A stretch of 64,000 nucleotides of DNA, taken from NCBI GenBank assembly GCA_023267855.1, contig JALNLN010000003.1, positions 19,452 through 83,451 on the forward strand, given 5' to 3'. The translations under genes were made by a program, and so were the position numbers. The DNA comes from Candidatus Geocrenenecus dongiae (lineage in GTDB: Archaea > Thermoproteota > Nitrososphaeria_A > Caldarchaeales > Wolframiiraptoraceae). The notes under the pieces were generated by a model. It did not search any database and was not told the origin of the DNA. It worked only from the letters and a program-made list of their open reading frames with translations. Of the stretch, positions 60,352 to 64,000 are shown one piece after another. The stretch's first letter is position 1, and each line of letters opens with the position of its first letter.

Positions 60352-61377
60352 TCAATATCTAATTCTCGGATCTATGTACGCATAGCACACGTCAACTATG
60401 AGATTCATGACTGATACAATTATTGCGAAGAAGATTACTGTTCCCTGAACTGTTGTATAATCTCTGTACTGTATTCTTTCAAGTAGAAAGGTACCCATAC
60501 CGGGCCAGCTGAATGTTGTCTCCGTTAGGACAGCTCCTGTCATTAAGAGTGCCAGCTGAAGCCCCATCATCGTGAGAATAGGGATGAAAGAATTTTTCAG
60601 TACATGAAGCATTATTCTGTATTCTGGTAGACCTCTAGCTCTAGCCGCAACCACAAAATCTTGCTTTAAGATTTCTTCTACGCTTACGCGTGTAACTCTA
60701 GAGAAAACACCTGAAATTACTAATCCAAGGGTTACTGCAGGTAGAGTTATATGTTTTAATGAGCTTATAAAACTATCAATCTTACCTGAGATTAAACTAT
60801 CTAAGATGTATAGCCCAGTATACGTTGGAGGTTCTAAACCTACTCCTATTCTTCCGCCTACCGGGAATATCTTCAACCCTACTGAAAATACTAGCTGTAG
60901 CATCATGCCTATCCATGGTATAAATAATGCATATGCTACAGCACTGTAGACTCTTACTGCTGAGTTTACTTTACCTCCTATCCCTGCACCTATTGTTCCT
61001 AGAGTCATACCTATCAATAAGCTTACTAGGAATCCAGCTATAGCTAACTCAATAGTTGCAGGAAGATGCTCCATTATCTCAACTACTACAGGTCTCTTAC
61101 CCCAGATAAGAGACCTCCCGAGATCTCCTTGAACAAGCTTCATCAAGTAGTTAACATACTGTACGATAAGCGGTATTTCATTACCATTCTCATCTATCAA
61201 TCCGAGCTCCTTCTTCAATTCTACAACTCTTTCCATAGGAGCCTTCATTCCAACTATAGCAATTACTGGATCTCCTGGAAGAACTCTCATTATAAAGAAG
61301 ACCAGCGTTACAAGTATGAGTATCGTTGGTATCAGGGCTATAGCTCTAGCTATTATAAATACTTTCAGTGAAGTCAT
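60352..61377 (-). CDS. Oligopeptide ABC transporter permease (OppB/DppB-like).
   Basis: 341 aa, 6 TM. Confidence 0.75.
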   Translation of the reverse strand: MTSLKVFIIARAIALIPTILILVTLVFFIMRVLPGDPVIAIVGMKAPMERVVELKKELGLIDENGNEIPLIVQYVNYLMKLVQGDLGRSLIWGKRPVVVEIMEHLPATIELAIAGFLVSLLIGMTLGTIGAGIGGKVNSAVRVYSAVAYALFIPWIGMMLQLVFSVGLKIFPVGGRIGVGLEPPTYTGLYILDSLISGKIDSFISSLKHITLPAVTLGLVISGVFSRVTRVSVEEILKQDFVVAARARGLPEYRIMLHVLKNSFIPILTMMGLQLALLMTGAVLTETTFSWPGMGTFLLERIQYRDYTTVQGTVIFFAIIVSVMNLIVDVCYAYIDPRIRY

Positions 61378-61451
61378 TCCACCATTACAGAAATCTAGTT
61401 AGATAAAAATATTAAAGGAGTGAAAAAATAATGATGGGAAAGATTAAAGTT

Positions 61452-63101
61452 TTAGGTTTTATAGATCAGCCAGTATCTGAACAACATTACAGGATCTAGA
61501 ATAACACCTTCAATTCCCTCTTTAGTAGCTATCGTTAACTTTCCTTGAAAGAGTGGAACTATCGCTGCATCTTCAGCCCATATATCTTGAGCTTGTTCAT
61601 AAAGTCTTGTTCTTTCTTCTATCGTAGGCTTGGTTCTTGCCTCTCTTAGGATATCCATCAGCCTTGGATTAGAGTATGCGTATCCTGTCCAGGAAGTATT
61701 TACCCAGGGGCTCGTATAATCATCAGGGTCTATATAGTCTGGGTACCATCCGTAGAGAGATGCTCCGAGAAGACCCTTTCTAGTGTAGTCGAGATAAGTA
61801 GTCCACTCTGCGCTCTTTAACTCTACTTCGATGATTCCAGTTCCTTCCCATGCTTCTTTAATAAGCATAGCTACATCTACTTCAGTATCACCGTAATGAG
61901 TTGGTGTATACCATAACTCTATCTTCAGCTTATTAGTTTCACTATATCCAGCTTGTCTCAACAATGTTTTTGCGAGTTCAACGTTATACTCACCATATTT
62001 CTCTAAGAATGATTCCTTATGGCTCCACATACCTTTAGGTATCATGCTATAGAGAGGTTCAACAGTTCCCAAGAATATTTTATCACATATCGCTTTTCTA
62101 TTTATAGCTGCTGCTAGTGCTTTTCTCACAAGTTCATTATCAAAAGGCGGTATTCTAGTATTGAAGATTATATATCTTATGAATGCGCCAGGAACTTCTA
62201 TAACTTTTATTCCAGCTTTACCTTTCAAGTCTTGTATATCTGTAGGTCTGAGAGTTCTCCAAGCAACGTCTATCTCACCTGCTTCTAGAGCAAGTCTCAG
62301 AGAAGTTGCATCTTTGTAGAACCTGACGACTATTTGTTTTGTCTTAGGGGCTCCCTCCCACCAATACGGATTAGCTTCTAAGACCAGTTCTACATCTCTA
62401 ACCCATTTAACTATCTTATATGGCCCTACCCCTCCAGCTGTTTGATCACTATCTATCTCTTCAGGCTTATATGCAGGATGAACTGGGAAGTAGGGTGGAG
62501 TTGCAACGAGTGCTGGGAAGTAAGATACTGGTTCTATCAAGATGAATTTAACTGTGTAATCATCTAGAGCAACTACATCTTCTACAAAATCTGTTACAAG
62601 CCATGCAGGGTCTCCATTAATCTTCATAACTCTTTTAATCGATCTGACAACGTCATGTGCGGTAACTTTTTTACCATCTGCGAAGTATAAATTAGGTCTT
62701 AGTTTGAAAGTATATTCTTTACCATCTGGTGAGACTGTATAACTGATGGCTAGACCGGGTTCTAACTCAGTTGTACCCGGAGTATACCTCATTAGTCCAC
62801 CCATTATATTCGTTAGGACCTCCCATGTATAGAAATCGTAAGCATTTGCAGGATCTATATCACTGACTTTATCTGTAACTCCAATCACTATCCTCTCAGG
62901 AGCTACTCCAACGGTAGATGTTACAGTAATTGTTTTAACAGATGTTGTAGTTACAGTTGCTTGAGCAACTGTAACTGTTGAAAGTGATGGTGGAGCTAGA
63001 GATAGGCTAACAAAATATCCTGCTATTAAGCCTATAATCAAAGCTATTATTATGCTTACAATAGCGACGATCTTACCAACGCCATGAAAACTCTTATACA
63101 T
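61452..63101 (-). CDS. Family-5 extracellular solute-binding protein (OppA/DppA-like) with an N-terminal membrane anchor and a Thr/Val-rich linker.
   Basis: 549 aa; N-terminal TM, then TVTTTSVKTITVTSTV linker, then an SBP_bac_5-like core. Confidence 0.7.
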   Translation of the reverse strand: MYKSFHGVGKIVAIVSIIIALIIGLIAGYFVSLSLAPPSLSTVTVAQATVTTTSVKTITVTSTVGVAPERIVIGVTDKVSDIDPANAYDFYTWEVLTNIMGGLMRYTPGTTELEPGLAISYTVSPDGKEYTFKLRPNLYFADGKKVTAHDVVRSIKRVMKINGDPAWLVTDFVEDVVALDDYTVKFILIEPVSYFPALVATPPYFPVHPAYKPEEIDSDQTAGGVGPYKIVKWVRDVELVLEANPYWWEGAPKTKQIVVRFYKDATSLRLALEAGEIDVAWRTLRPTDIQDLKGKAGIKVIEVPGAFIRYIIFNTRIPPFDNELVRKALAAAINRKAICDKIFLGTVEPLYSMIPKGMWSHKESFLEKYGEYNVELAKTLLRQAGYSETNKLKIELWYTPTHYGDTEVDVAMLIKEAWEGTGIIEVELKSAEWTTYLDYTRKGLLGASLYGWYPDYIDPDDYTSPWVNTSWTGYAYSNPRLMDILREARTKPTIEERTRLYEQAQDIWAEDAAIVPLFQGKLTIATKEGIEGVILDPVMLFRYWLIYKT

Positions 63102-63440
63102 TTTTTCACCTTAAGTTGTCTATAGTTATCCAAGTATAAAAGCGTTCTTAATAAGACGCCAACCAATATGAACTCTTTCATGAGCATGGAGTTTTTAGAG
63201 TCTTTGATAAATGAGATTAGAAAATTTTTCAACATTCGCTTGTTTTCCTCGTTATTGATGTATTTAGAGGATCTGATCTCAGATCTACCTATGAAGCATC
63301 TAGAAATTTACACTATCTTTAACAAGCTCTATTTTTATTTCTGATCTAGAAGAAGAATTCTTCCTAAAAGGGGACTGAATTCTTTATTCTGTTACTCCAG
63401 GTTTTCAATTTTAATAAGGTGGATATTCTAAAAGTAGTGT

Positions 63441-64000
63441 ATGGAGAGAGATAGGAAGATAGTCATATGTATTAGTGGTTTCGCTGCTACTGGTAAGAGT
63501 ACTCTTGGAAGAAAGCTTGCGAAGAAGTTTAAACTAAAGTATGTTTCTGGTGGGGATGCTTTAAAGATTCTTGCGAAGAAGAAAGGCTACAAGATTGGTG
63601 GGAGAGATTGGTGGGAGAGTAGTGAGGGAATAAAATTTCTAGAAGAAAGGAAGGCTAACCCAGAGTTCGATAAACTCGTAGATCAAGAATTATTAAAATA
63701 CGCTCAAGCTGGAAACGCTGTTATAGATAGCTGGATACTTCCATGGCTTTATGAAGGAGGTTTCAAGATATGGTTAAAGGCTTCTGAAGAAGTCAGAGCT
63801 AAACGTTTAATGAAGAGGAGCAGGATATCTCTAGAGGAAGCATACAAGATTCTCAAGAAGAGAGATGAGGAAAGTGCAGAAATATACAGAAAACTTTACG
63901 GCGTGGAGATAGGTAAAGATTACTCCCCATTCCATCTTATACTAGATACAGATAGATTAAATGCGGAATCTGTATACAGAATAGTCTCACAGGCTGTTAA
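63441..64000 (+). CDS. cmk: Archaeal-type cytidylate kinase; the 3' end is truncated by the window edge.
   Basis: Hand-translated ATG at 63441: MERDRKIVICISGFAATGKSTLGRKLA... with a P-loop and the archaeal Cmk layout. No stop before the end of the window. Confidence 0.55.
   Translation, partial: MERDRKIVICISGFAATGKSTLGRKLAKKFKLKYVSGGDALKILAKKKGYKIGGRDWWESSEGIKFLEERKANPEFDKLVDQELLKYAQAGNAVIDSWILPWLYEGGFKIWLKASEEVRAKRLMKRSRISLEEAYKILKKRDEESAEIYRKLYGVEIGKDYSPFHLILDTDRLNAESVYRIVSQAV

Noticed and set aside
1-64000. Searched for CRISPR arrays, cas genes, integrases/transposases, long direct or inverted repeats, and rRNA genes.
   Set aside because: No regularly spaced direct repeats, no recognisable Cas/integrase/transposase motifs in any ORF, and no rRNA-like sequence were seen.

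Overview
This 64 kb window appears to be AT-rich chromosomal DNA from a hyperthermophilic archaeon, most likely a crenarchaeon of the Thermoprotei. The evidence for that placement is: a group II chaperonin (thermosome); RNA polymerase subunit K; aIF2-beta; prefoldin alpha; the archaeal peptidyl-tRNA hydrolase Pth2; CTP-dependent RibK and RibL; archaeal NMNAT; a bifunctional PGI/PMI; a ThiD-ThiN fusion; and two tRNA genes that each seem to carry more than one intron. The window is densely coding, with about 65 genes on both strands. Most are housekeeping or central metabolism: nuoBCD, malic enzyme, HMG-CoA reductase, SAH hydrolase, proteasome beta, RtcA, endonuclease IV, and genes for the compatible solutes myo-inositol-1-phosphate and, putatively, cyclic 2,3-diphosphoglycerate. 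There are two ABC-transporter loci: a BMP-family sugar/nucleoside system with a PfkB kinase, a FucI/AraA-like isomerase and two BtpA paralogs, and an oppABCDF-like peptide system. I found no CRISPR array, no obvious integrase or transposase, and no rRNA. The most interesting candidates are: (1) a Hef/FANCM-like DEAH helicase lacking a nuclease domain, followed by a small Hjc-like PD-(D/E)xK nuclease and an EndoV-like DUF99 protein; (2) the sugar/nucleoside island with duplicated BtpA genes around a divergent promoter; (3) the two multi-intron tRNAs. Every functional call is made by eye from motifs in the translated ORFs. None has been confirmed by database search.
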